A DNA stretch of 32,000 nt from Pasteurella multocida. GTDB lineage: Bacteria > Pseudomonadota > Gammaproteobacteria > Enterobacterales > Pasteurellaceae. Positions 22,083-30,362 of the stretch are shown here, in pieces. The notes under the pieces are model-generated. The model worked only from the letters and a program-made list of their open reading frames with translations. It ran no database searches and had not been told where the DNA came from. The stretch is taken from positions 1,650,001 through 1,682,000 of the forward strand of contig NZ_LT906458.1 in the NCBI RefSeq assembly GCF_900187275.1, given 5' to 3'. A program made the translations under genes and the position numbers. Each line of letters starts with the position of its first letter. Position 1 is the first letter of the stretch.

Positions 22083-22527
22083 TTAAGATTATTTGGCCTG
22101 TAAATAATGTTCACTCATCCATCGACATTGATACTTTTCTTTCGCTACCTTTTTAGGGAGAGTTTACTTTTATCAGTTTTTCTAACTATTTTATTGATTA
22201 TGATTTATAAGATTTATTGATGATATATTCTGGGTACATTTCATATTAATACAATAATCCTTAAATTATTCTTAACAGAGTTATATATGATGTAATATGA
22301 AAATAGCTAATTACTTTCCAGAGGCTTATATATCCATTAAATGGAAATCTTAATAACTTAATTGGTACTGTGTCACTTAAACACATCCTATTTAAGTTCA
22401 TCATAAATAAAACAATCAATATTAGTTATTGAAAAAGCAGTAACGATAAATTCATTATTTACTAGACCGTACTAGATTAACGTAGTAAATATTATTCTTT
22501 TGTAAAACGTTCTTTGATGATTTAAGT

Positions 22528-23274
22528 TCATATTCCAACAACAACAGGATTCCGATTAAATAAATAACCATCAAAATCAGGATCATCAAGATCAGATAAT
22601 TCAAATAATTTCTGTTTTACATTTTCAAGATGCTGCCACATGGCTTTTTTAGCAAGCGCAGGATCTTTTCGTTGGATACTATTGAGAATTGCCTCATGAT
22701 CTTTTAACCATAAGCGACGATAATGATGCACTTTAATATGCGAATGAAGCCCTTTCCACATTGGATTCGAACGATATTTCCATAGATCTTTTTGCATCTG
22801 AATTAAAACTTCATTCTGCGTTATTTCAGCAATCGCAGTATGAAATTCTTCATCTTCAGAATAATCATCATTACCACCTTGCTCTAACGTAACATATTCA
22901 CGCTTTAAAATTTCTTTCAATCGTACAATATCATTACGGTTCGCTTGAATTGCTGCAAATTCGGCAATACTGCTTTCTAATAATTGTCGAGCTTGCAACA
23001 ATTCAAATGGTCCTACATCTAAATAATCAAAACTATCATTACTGCTTGGTAAATTAATGATATAGACACCAGAACCCTTTCTAACAGAAATTAAGTTTTC
23101 TAGCTCCAACATAATTAATGCTTCTCTAACGACAGTACGGCTGACATCAAAACGTTCTGCAATATCACGTTCTGGAGGTAATCGCTCGCCAATTGTATAG
23201 ATTCCTTTGCGGAGCTCATCTTTCAATAATTCACCAATTTTCTTATAAGATCGTAATGAATAGTTTTCACTCAT
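22528..23274 (-). CDS. uxuR: GntR/FadR-family transcriptional regulator (UxuR/ExuR-like)
   Basis: GTYTIGERLPPERDIAERFDVSRTVVREALIMLELENLISVRKGSGVYI-type wHTH; context with uxuA. Confidence 0.87.
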   Translation of the reverse strand: MSENYSLRSYKKIGELLKDELRKGIYTIGERLPPERDIAERFDVSRTVVREALIMLELENLISVRKGSGVYIINLPSSNDSFDYLDVGPFELLQARQLLESSIAEFAAIQANRNDIVRLKEILKREYVTLEQGGNDDYSEDEEFHTAIAEITQNEVLIQMQKDLWKYRSNPMWKGLHSHIKVHHYRRLWLKDHEAILNSIQRKDPALAKKAMWQHLENVKQKLFELSDLDDPDFDGYLFNRNPVVVGI

Positions 23275-23322
23275 AATTAAAAAGCCTCAAATATTCCAAC
23301 AATAACAGTACCAATCTAAATA

Positions 23323-23334
23323 TTGGTATAACAA
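23323..23334. promoter_or_regulatory. candidate UxuR-type operator upstream of uxuR
   Basis: TTGGTATAACAA, one mismatch from TTGG-TATA-CCAA; overlaps inverted repeat ACCAATctaaatATTGGT (23310-23327). Confidence 0.5.
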
Positions 23335-23356
23335 ATTATAATTTAATATAACATAC

Positions 23357-24332
23357 CTACTGCAGTTTACGGATCTCTTCTACAATTTTATATGTGTCAG
23401 GATCTGTTTTTTGTAATTCTTCATACATTGGGATAACCGCAGCTTTGAATGTCGACTTATCTACTTCTACAAATGTTGAGCCTTGCTTAATCGCAGATTC
23501 TCTTTCTTTATTTTCAGAAGCAACCCAAAGCTCTTGCATTTTAGCAGTAGCCTCATCAGCAGCTTGTTTCAATGCTCGTTGTTCATTTTCACTCAAAGCA
23601 TCCCATATTTTTGTTGAGATGACTAACACATCTGGCACCATTGTGTGTTCATCTAAACTAAAAAGATACTTCACTATGACGGCTCAATGTATAAGATGGA
23701 ATATTATTTTCAGCAGCATCAACTACTCCTTGCTGAAGCGCAGTATAAAGTTCACCATAGGCTAATGGTGTTGGGTTTCCCCCCAAGAATTGCACCATAT
23801 TTACGGCTGTCGGACTAGGCTGGACTCGTACTTTCAAACCTTTTAAATCCTCAGGTGTTTTAATTGGTTTTGATGTATAAAAACTTCTTGCGCCAGCATC
23901 TAAGTAAGCTAAACCAATAAAGCCATTTTCTTTTGAAGACTGTAAAATATTTTGTCCAATCGGACTTTCCATCACTTTATAATAATGTTCCTTACTATTA
24001 AATAAATAAGGCAAATTATATACGCCATATGGCTTACTAAACGCTTCTAGCTCAGCGGCATTCGATTTTGCTAATGCTAAAGCTCCTTTTTGTACAAGTT
24101 CCAAAGATTCACGTTGTGAACCAAGTTGAGCATCCGGGTAGACTCGGATTTTTAGTGCTCCATCTGTTAATGTTTCAGTACGCTTAGCCATGTATTGCAA
24201 TACTTCATGAACTGGATGGGATCTATTTTGATTATGGCTTAATTTTAACGTAGTGCTCGCTAACGCATTAAAAGACAATCCTAGAACAACTGTCGTAATC
24301 ACTGTATTTAATAAGAATCTTTTCATCTTCAT
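23357..24332 (-). pseudogene. TRAP transporter substrate-binding protein (DctP family), split by a frameshift
   Basis: N-terminal part (..24332 to 23658) MKMKRFLLNTVITTVVLGLSFNALASTTLKLSHNQ...SYTLSRHSEV-SF*; C-terminal part (23674..23357) continues in another frame with KYLFSLDEHTMVPDVLVISTKIWDAL...QKTDPDTYKIVEEIRK. Confidence 0.85.
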
Positions 24333-24374
24333 CCCCTTTATCATTAAATTCACATCAGACCAAAAAATAATATT

Positions 24375-24386
24375 TGGCACACCAAT
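24375..24386. promoter_or_regulatory. candidate UxuR-type operator upstream of dctP
   Basis: TTGG-CACA-CCAA within AATATTTGGCACACCAATATT. Confidence 0.5.
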
Positions 24387-24431
24387 ATTTGTATTTTTTC
24401 GCATTTCAGTCAAAACAATTTATTAAAAAAT

Positions 24432-24447
24432 GAGATAAAGATCACAA
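24432..24447. promoter_or_regulatory. candidate CRP site, dctP/dctQ divergent promoter region
   Basis: TGAGA-TAAAGA-TCACA, 9/10 match. Confidence 0.5.
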
Positions 24448-24458
24448 AAAAACACAAA

Positions 24459-24474
24459 ATTGGAATTCCAATTA
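24459..24474. promoter_or_regulatory. perfect 16-bp palindromic candidate UxuR-type operator
   Basis: AATTGGAATTCCAATT. Confidence 0.6.
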
Positions 24475-24480
24475 TAAAAA

Positions 24481-24496
24481 TGTGACAATGATCTCA
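24481..24496. promoter_or_regulatory. candidate CRP site, second copy
   Basis: TGTGA-CAATGA-TCTCA, 9/10 match, in AAAAATGTGACAATGATCTCATTT. Confidence 0.5.
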
Positions 24497-24555
24497 TTTA
24501 AAATGAGAAAATCATTATAGAATTCGTTTCATGTTATAGACTCAAGGGGTTTTTT

Positions 24556-25044
24556 ATGGAAAGATTTTTAAAATTGGTGAACCAAATATTAATCTATTTC
24601 TTAGTATCGCTTTCCTCCGTTCTCGTAGCCTGTGTCATTTGGCAAGTTATCTCTCGCTATATTCTCAATGCAGCAAGTATTGTGACTGATGAACTAGCTC
24701 GTTTTCTCTTTATGTGGGTAGGTCTTATCGGGGCAGCTTATGCAACGGGGCTAAAAAGACACCTTGCGATTGACTTATTACTCATGAAAAGTAAAGGGAA
24801 AAATAAGACTATTCTTGAAATCTTCATTTCTTGTGTGATGCTCTTTTTTGCAGGATTTGTTCTCGTTTATGGTGGCGCTAATCTTGCATGGGATACGCAT
24901 ATATCTGGACAAATTTCGCCATCACTTGGTATAGACATGGGAATTATTTACCTTTGTTTACCTGTTTCTGGAGCAATTATGGTGTTCTATATTCTTATAG
25001 ACCTCGTTTCAAAATTTGATAAAACGGGTCAACAACTTAATTAA
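24556..25044 (+). CDS. TRAP transporter small permease (DctQ family)
   Basis: VIWQVISRYILNAASIVTDELARFLFMWVGLIGAAYATGLKRHLAIDLL. Confidence 0.93.
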   Translation: MERFLKLVNQILIYFLVSLSSVLVACVIWQVISRYILNAASIVTDELARFLFMWVGLIGAAYATGLKRHLAIDLLLMKSKGKNKTILEIFISCVMLFFAGFVLVYGGANLAWDTHISGQISPSLGIDMGIIYLCLPVSGAIMVFYILIDLVSKFDKTGQQLN

Positions 25045-25058
25045 GGAGCAATTTACTT

Positions 25059-26369
25059 ATGGAATGGACAAGTATTCTCGCCCTTTTTGGTTCTTTCATT
25101 TTAATGTTAGCGCTTTCCGTACCAATTTCTTTTGCGATTGCGATTTCAACATTAATTACAATTATGATTAGTTTACCATTAGATAGTGCCCTAACTGTTG
25201 TCACTCAAAAAATGGCATCTGGTTTGGATAATTTTGCGTTGTTAGCAATTCCTTTTTTTATTTTAGCAGGCAATATCATGAATCGTGGTGGCATTGCCAT
25301 CCGTTTAATTGCATTAGCAAAAGCATTAGGTGCTAGATTACCGGGATCATTATTCCACAGTAATGTACTTGCGAATATGTTATTTGGCTCAATTTCTGGC
25401 TCCGCTGTTGCTTCAGCTGCTGCAATGGGTGGGATTATGTCACCTTTACAAAAGAAAGAAGGTTATGATCCTGAAATTTCAGCCGCAGTCAATATTGCAT
25501 CTTGCCCAACGGGATTACTTATCCCACCAAGTAACACATTAATTGTTTATTCTCTCGTTTCAGGTGGTACATCCATTTCAGCACTCTTTCTAGCTGGCTA
25601 TTTACCAGGAATATTGATGGGATTAGGCATTATGCTTGTAGCTGGTTTTATTGCCAAAAAGAAAAAATATCCACTTGAACCAAGGCCAAGTTGCAAAGAC
25701 GTCATGTTAAAAACTATTGATGCGCTACCTTCTTTATTACTTATTTTCATTGTCATTGGCGGTATTATCGCTGGAATATTTACTGCAACAGAGGCTTCTG
25801 CTATTGCTGTAATCTATACTTTAGTGCTTGCTGTTGGATTCTATAAAGAAGTAAAAATTAAAGAACTCCCTGCGATAATCTTGGAATCAAGTGTAACAAC
25901 CGCAATTGTTCTATTACTCATAGGCGCTTCATCAGGTATGTCTTGGGCAATGGCAAATGCGGATATTCCTTATTTGATTCAAGATGCTTTACTCGCTGTT
26001 TCTGCTAATCCAATCGTTATTATGTTATTTATCACAGTACTCCTACTAATCGTAGGTACGTTTATGGATATGACGCCAGCGGTGTTGATTTTTACACCTA
26101 TTTTCTTACCTATTGCTATGGAATTAGGTATCGATCCCGTCCATTTCGGGATCATCATGACATTTAACCTCTGTATTGGTATCTGTACACCACCTGTTGG
26201 TAGCGCTTTATTTATTGGCTGTTCAGTAGGGCATGTGAGCATTGATCGCGTATTAAAACCGATGCTGCCATTTTTCATTGCGCTCATTGTTACTTTATTA
26301 ATGGTGACATTTATCCCTGATATCAGCTTATTGCTACCTAAATTATTCCTTAATTATTCACCAATGTAA
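25059..26369 (+). CDS. TRAP transporter large permease (DctM family)
   Basis: LAIPFFILAGNIMNRGGIA, GSISGSAVASAAAMGGIM, CPTGLLIPPSNTLIVYS, NLCIGICTPPVGSALFIGCSVG; 436 aa. Confidence 0.96.
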   Translation: MEWTSILALFGSFILMLALSVPISFAIAISTLITIMISLPLDSALTVVTQKMASGLDNFALLAIPFFILAGNIMNRGGIAIRLIALAKALGARLPGSLFHSNVLANMLFGSISGSAVASAAAMGGIMSPLQKKEGYDPEISAAVNIASCPTGLLIPPSNTLIVYSLVSGGTSISALFLAGYLPGILMGLGIMLVAGFIAKKKKYPLEPRPSCKDVMLKTIDALPSLLLIFIVIGGIIAGIFTATEASAIAVIYTLVLAVGFYKEVKIKELPAIILESSVTTAIVLLLIGASSGMSWAMANADIPYLIQDALLAVSANPIVIMLFITVLLLIVGTFMDMTPAVLIFTPIFLPIAMELGIDPVHFGIIMTFNLCIGICTPPVGSALFIGCSVGHVSIDRVLKPMLPFFIALIVTLLMVTFIPDISLLLPKLFLNYSPM

Positions 26370-26418
26370 TTAAATCGTTTAGGTAAACATCGAATACTAT
26401 TACTAATAAGGAAAAATT

Positions 26419-27264
26419 ATGCAAATTCCATTTAATCATCAATTTAAAGACAAAGTTATCGTCATTACTGGCGCTGGCGGCGTATTATGTGGTTTCTTAT
26501 CTAAGCAACTCGCCAAAACAGGCGCTAAAATCGCCTTATTAGATATTAACCTGGAAATGGCAAACTATTTTGCAGAAGAGATCAATCAATCGGGAGGTAT
26601 TGCTAAAGGTTATCAAACTAATGTGTTAGAACTCAGTAGCATTCAAGCAACAAATGAGCACATTAAACAGGACTTTGGTTCCTGCGATATCCTCATTAAT
26701 GGTGCTGGCGGTAATAATCCTAAAGCCACAACAGATAATGAATTTCATGAATTTGAATTACCTGAAAAAACCAAATCTTTTTTTGACTTAGACAAAAGTG
26801 GTGTCGAGTTTGTTTTCAACCTCAATTACCTTGGCACACTTCTTCCGACTCAAGTTTTTGTGAAGGAAATGATAGGAAAACAAGGCTGTTGCATTATCAA
26901 TATTTCTAGCATGAATGCATTTACCCCACTCACTAAAATTCCTGCCTATTCAGGAGCGAAAGCCGCTATCAGTAATTTTACACAATGGCTTGCTGTACAT
27001 TTCTCTCATGTTGGTATTCGTTGCAATGCGATCGCACCAGGTTTTTTAGTAAGCAATCAAAATCGTACTTTGTTATTTAATACTGATGGCAGTCCAACAG
27101 CACGAGCACATAAAATTTTAACCAACACGCCAATGGGGCGTTTTGGAGAAGCAGAAGAGTTAGTGGGAGGCATTTTATTCTTAATTGATGAACGCTATTC
27201 AAGCTTTGTGAACGGCGTTGTCTTGCCTATTGATGGTGGTTTCTCAGCTTATAGCGGTGTGTAA
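26419..27264 (+). CDS. SDR-family oxidoreductase, probable fructuronate reductase/D-mannonate oxidoreductase
   Basis: VIVITGAGGVLCGFLSKQLA, INGAGGNNPKAT, YSGAKAAISNFTQWLA; located between TRAP permease and uxaC; no canonical UxuB in window. Confidence 0.85.
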   Translation: MQIPFNHQFKDKVIVITGAGGVLCGFLSKQLAKTGAKIALLDINLEMANYFAEEINQSGGIAKGYQTNVLELSSIQATNEHIKQDFGSCDILINGAGGNNPKATTDNEFHEFELPEKTKSFFDLDKSGVEFVFNLNYLGTLLPTQVFVKEMIGKQGCCIINISSMNAFTPLTKIPAYSGAKAAISNFTQWLAVHFSHVGIRCNAIAPGFLVSNQNRTLLFNTDGSPTARAHKILTNTPMGRFGEAEELVGGILFLIDERYSSFVNGVVLPIDGGFSAYSGV

Positions 27265-27289
27265 TAAGTTATTTTAAGGAGGAAATAAG

Positions 27290-28693
27290 ATGAAATCCTT
27301 TCTATGCGAAAACTTCTTACTTTCAACAAGAACTGCAGAAAAACTGTATCATGACTATGCAGAAAATATGCCTATTTTTGATTATCATTGCCATCTCAAT
27401 CCCAAAGAAATTGCTGAAAATCGACAATTTAAAGATTTATCAGAAATTTGGTTAGAAGGCGATCACTATAAATGGCGTGCAATGCGAACTGCAGGCATTG
27501 AAGAACACTTCATTACAGGTTCAGCTACTCATTATGAAAAATATTTAGCTTGGGCAAAAACGGTCCCCCTTTGTATTGGTAACCCCATTTATCACTGGAC
27601 ACATTTAGAACTACGTCGTCCGTTTGGCATTCATAGTAAGCTCTTTAATCCTGAAAATGCGGTAACAATTTGGCATGAATGTAATGAAATGTTGCAACAA
27701 CCCGCGTTTTCTGCACGAGGTATTATGCAGCAGATGAATGTCAAACTCGCAGGAACGACGGATGACCCCATTGATTCTTTACACTACCATAAAGTAATTG
27801 CAGAAGATAAAACATTTGATATTGATGTGGTACCAAGTTGGCGACCAGACAAAATTTTTAAAATCGAACTCCCAACATTTAATGATTATATACAACAACT
27901 TGCTGAAGTCGCTGATATTGAAATTACTAATTTTTCAACATTACAACAAGCTATTTTAAAAAGGCTTGATCATTTTGAACAACATGGTTGTAAATCTGCC
28001 GATCATGGTATTGAAATTGTCCGCTTTGCTGACATCCCAACAGAACAAGAACTAGACAAAATCCTACATCACCGTCGCCAACACCAACCATTGACAGAAC
28101 TACAAATTTCGCAATTTAGTACCGCAATCTTAGTTTGGTTAGGACAAGAATATCATAAACGTCAGTGGGTGATGCAATTTCATATTGGTGCGATTCGTAA
28201 TAATAACAGCAGAATGTTTAGACTATTAGGTGCTGATAGTGGTTTTGATTCTATTGGTGATCGTATGTTTGCAGAACCACTTTCAAAACTATTAGATGCA
28301 ATGGATAAAACCAATCAATTACCTAAAACAATTTTATATTGTTTAAATCCTCGTGATAATGAAGTAATTGGTAGTATGATAGGTAATTTCCAAGGTGATG
28401 GCATTGCCGGCAAAATTCAATTTGGCTCAGGTTGGTGGTTTAACGATCAAAAAGATGGCATGGAGCGTCAATTAGAACAACTATCTCAACTGGGATTATT
28501 AAGTCAATTTGTTGGTATGTTGACGGATTCTCGTAGTTTTCTTTCTTATACTCGCCATGAATATTTCCGTCGTATCTTATGTGAAAAATTAGGATGTTGG
28601 GTTGAAAATGGAGAGGCGCCAAATGACCTAACATTGTTAGGTAATATGGTTCAAAATATTTGTTTCAATAATGCAAAACGCTATTTTAAATAA
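27290..28693 (+). CDS. uxaC: glucuronate isomerase
   Basis: [80 protein letters not shown]; 467 aa. Confidence 0.97.
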   Translation: MKSFLCENFLLSTRTAEKLYHDYAENMPIFDYHCHLNPKEIAENRQFKDLSEIWLEGDHYKWRAMRTAGIEEHFITGSATHYEKYLAWAKTVPLCIGNPIYHWTHLELRRPFGIHSKLFNPENAVTIWHECNEMLQQPAFSARGIMQQMNVKLAGTTDDPIDSLHYHKVIAEDKTFDIDVVPSWRPDKIFKIELPTFNDYIQQLAEVADIEITNFSTLQQAILKRLDHFEQHGCKSADHGIEIVRFADIPTEQELDKILHHRRQHQPLTELQISQFSTAILVWLGQEYHKRQWVMQFHIGAIRNNNSRMFRLLGADSGFDSIGDRMFAEPLSKLLDAMDKTNQLPKTILYCLNPRDNEVIGSMIGNFQGDGIAGKIQFGSGWWFNDQKDGMERQLEQLSQLGLLSQFVGMLTDSRSFLSYTRHEYFRRILCEKLGCWVENGEAPNDLTLLGNMVQNICFNNAKRYFK

Positions 28694-28702
28694 GGAACAT
28701 CC

Positions 28703-29644
28703 ATGAAAAAAATAGCAATTATTGGTGAATGTATGATTGAGCTAAATGGTGATGCATTTGGTCACATGTACCAAACCTATGGTGGAGATACACTAAATAC
28801 AGCAACTTATTTAACGCGTATTACACCATCAACAGCACTTGAAGTACAGTATATCTCAGTAATGGGAACAGATAAACTTAGCCAACAAATGATTGAGCAT
28901 TGGCAAACTGATGGTATCAATACCAATTGGGTACTGCGTGACCCGAAACGGCACGCAGGTCTCTATTTAATTCAACTAGATACACAAGGTGAGCGAACGT
29001 TTTTATATTGGCGTAATCAATCTGCTGCCCGTTATTTGTTACAACATATTGATATTAAAAAAGTATTTGAAGCACTAATAACTGTAGATATGATTTACTT
29101 AAGTGGCATTTCGTTAGCCATTTTACCTGATAATGACAGAATATCATTGCTTGCAGAATTAACTGTACTTGCAAAACAAGGCGTAAAAATTGCTTTTGAT
29201 AGTAATTACCGTCCTGCACTTTGGGAATCACGAGAAAAAACACAAGAAATTTATACCGCACTTTTACCTATCGTTGATCTAGCATTAGTCACATTCGAGG
29301 ACGAACACGCAATTTGGCAAGATAAAAATGCTATTGATACTATCCATCGTTTAAAACAAATGGGAGTCAAAGACGTCGTCGTCAAACAAGGAAAATCTGG
29401 GGCAATTTTCAGTGATCACCATGGCAATCAATGCGTAGTGCCTACACAAGAAGTCAAAAATATTGTTGATACAACTTCCGCTGGCGATGCGTTTAATGCA
29501 GGTTTCCTTAATGGCTATTTACAAGGTAAACCATTATATACTTGCTGTGAACAAGGTCATCAATTAGCAAGGCTCGTCATCCAGCACCGAGGTGCAATTA
29601 TCGACAAATCTGTGACATCTCATCTAATAAACAAATTCAACTAA
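28703..29644 (+). CDS. kdgK: 2-dehydro-3-deoxygluconokinase (PfkB family)
   Basis: GECMIELNGDAFGHMYQTYGGDTLNTATYLTR; DTTSAGDAFNAGFLNGYL; 313 aa. Confidence 0.95.
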   Translation: MKKIAIIGECMIELNGDAFGHMYQTYGGDTLNTATYLTRITPSTALEVQYISVMGTDKLSQQMIEHWQTDGINTNWVLRDPKRHAGLYLIQLDTQGERTFLYWRNQSAARYLLQHIDIKKVFEALITVDMIYLSGISLAILPDNDRISLLAELTVLAKQGVKIAFDSNYRPALWESREKTQEIYTALLPIVDLALVTFEDEHAIWQDKNAIDTIHRLKQMGVKDVVVKQGKSGAIFSDHHGNQCVVPTQEVKNIVDTTSAGDAFNAGFLNGYLQGKPLYTCCEQGHQLARLVIQHRGAIIDKSVTSHLINKFN

Positions 29645-29662
29645 TCATATTTAAGGATTTCT

Positions 29663-30301
29663 ATGAAATATAAGACTGCTCAAATTATTGAAAAGTTAAG
29701 AACGATTAAAATTGTGCCAGTTATTGCAGTAGAAGAAGCAGAGGCAATTTTACCCTTAGTAGAGACTTTAGCAAAAAATGGCTTACCTGTTGCAGAGATC
29801 ACTTTTCGCTCTGCAGCAGCAGAACAAGCGATCCGTTTAGTTCGTCAACATTACCCAGATATATTAATTGCGGCAGGTACGGTACTCACATCAGAACAAG
29901 TCATCCAAGCTAAAAATGCAGGTGCTGATTTTATTGTTACACCAGGTTTTAATCCTAACATTGTCAAACTTTGTCAAGCATTACAACTTCCTATTACGCC
30001 AGGTATAAACAATCCAATGTCGATTGAAGCAGCGCTTGAAATGGGCATTACAGCAGTAAAATTCTTTCCAGCCGAAGCTTCTGGTGGCGTAAGAATGATT
30101 AAAGCCTTACTGGGTCCTTATGCACAATTACAAATCATGCCAACAGGGGGAATTAGTTTACATAACATTCAAGAGTATTTAGCAATCCCAAATGTTGTCG
30201 CTTGTGGTGGTTCTTGGTTTGTAGAGAAAAAATTAATTCAAGAGAAAAATTGGGAAGAAATTGGACGTTTAGTTCGTGAAGTTTTAGACAAAATTAAGTA
30301 A
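29663..30301 (+). CDS. eda: bifunctional KHG/KDPG aldolase
   Basis: IVPVIAVEEAEAILPLVETLAKNGLPVAEITFRSAAA, GTVLTSEQ, PGFNPNIV, VKFFPAEASGGVRMIKALLGPY. Confidence 0.96.
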   Translation: MKYKTAQIIEKLRTIKIVPVIAVEEAEAILPLVETLAKNGLPVAEITFRSAAAEQAIRLVRQHYPDILIAAGTVLTSEQVIQAKNAGADFIVTPGFNPNIVKLCQALQLPITPGINNPMSIEAALEMGITAVKFFPAEASGGVRMIKALLGPYAQLQIMPTGGISLHNIQEYLAIPNVVACGGSWFVEKKLIQEKNWEEIGRLVREVLDKIK

Positions 30302-30315
30302 TGACCCTATCAAAT

Positions 30316-30348
30316 AAAAATGCGAGTAATTAACTCGCATTTTTTGTT
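30316..30348. terminator. bidirectional terminator, copy 2 of the exact 33-bp repeat
   Basis: AAAAATGCGAGTAATTAACTCGCATTTTTTGTT between convergent eda and proS. Confidence 0.9.
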
Positions 30349-30362
30349 GTCTATTCTTCGAC

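Noticed and set aside
22379-22400. CRP-like TGTGTCACTTAAACACA upstream of uxuA
   Set aside because: Half-site spacing is one base too long for a CRP dyad.
23641-23680. Phase-variable homopolymer as cause of the dctP frameshift
   Set aside because: The T tract is only 5 nt, too short for typical phase variation. A single-T change would also not restore the expected K-Y residues as well as the 8-nt model does.
23394-23765. 123-aa plus-strand ORF across the dctP frameshift
   Set aside because: Antisense to both dctP fragments, which carry the recognisable protein signal.
20886-30301. Possible mobile element or island with integrase
   Set aside because: No transposase, integrase, att-like tRNA junction or IS ends seen; only the duplicated terminator hints at recombination.
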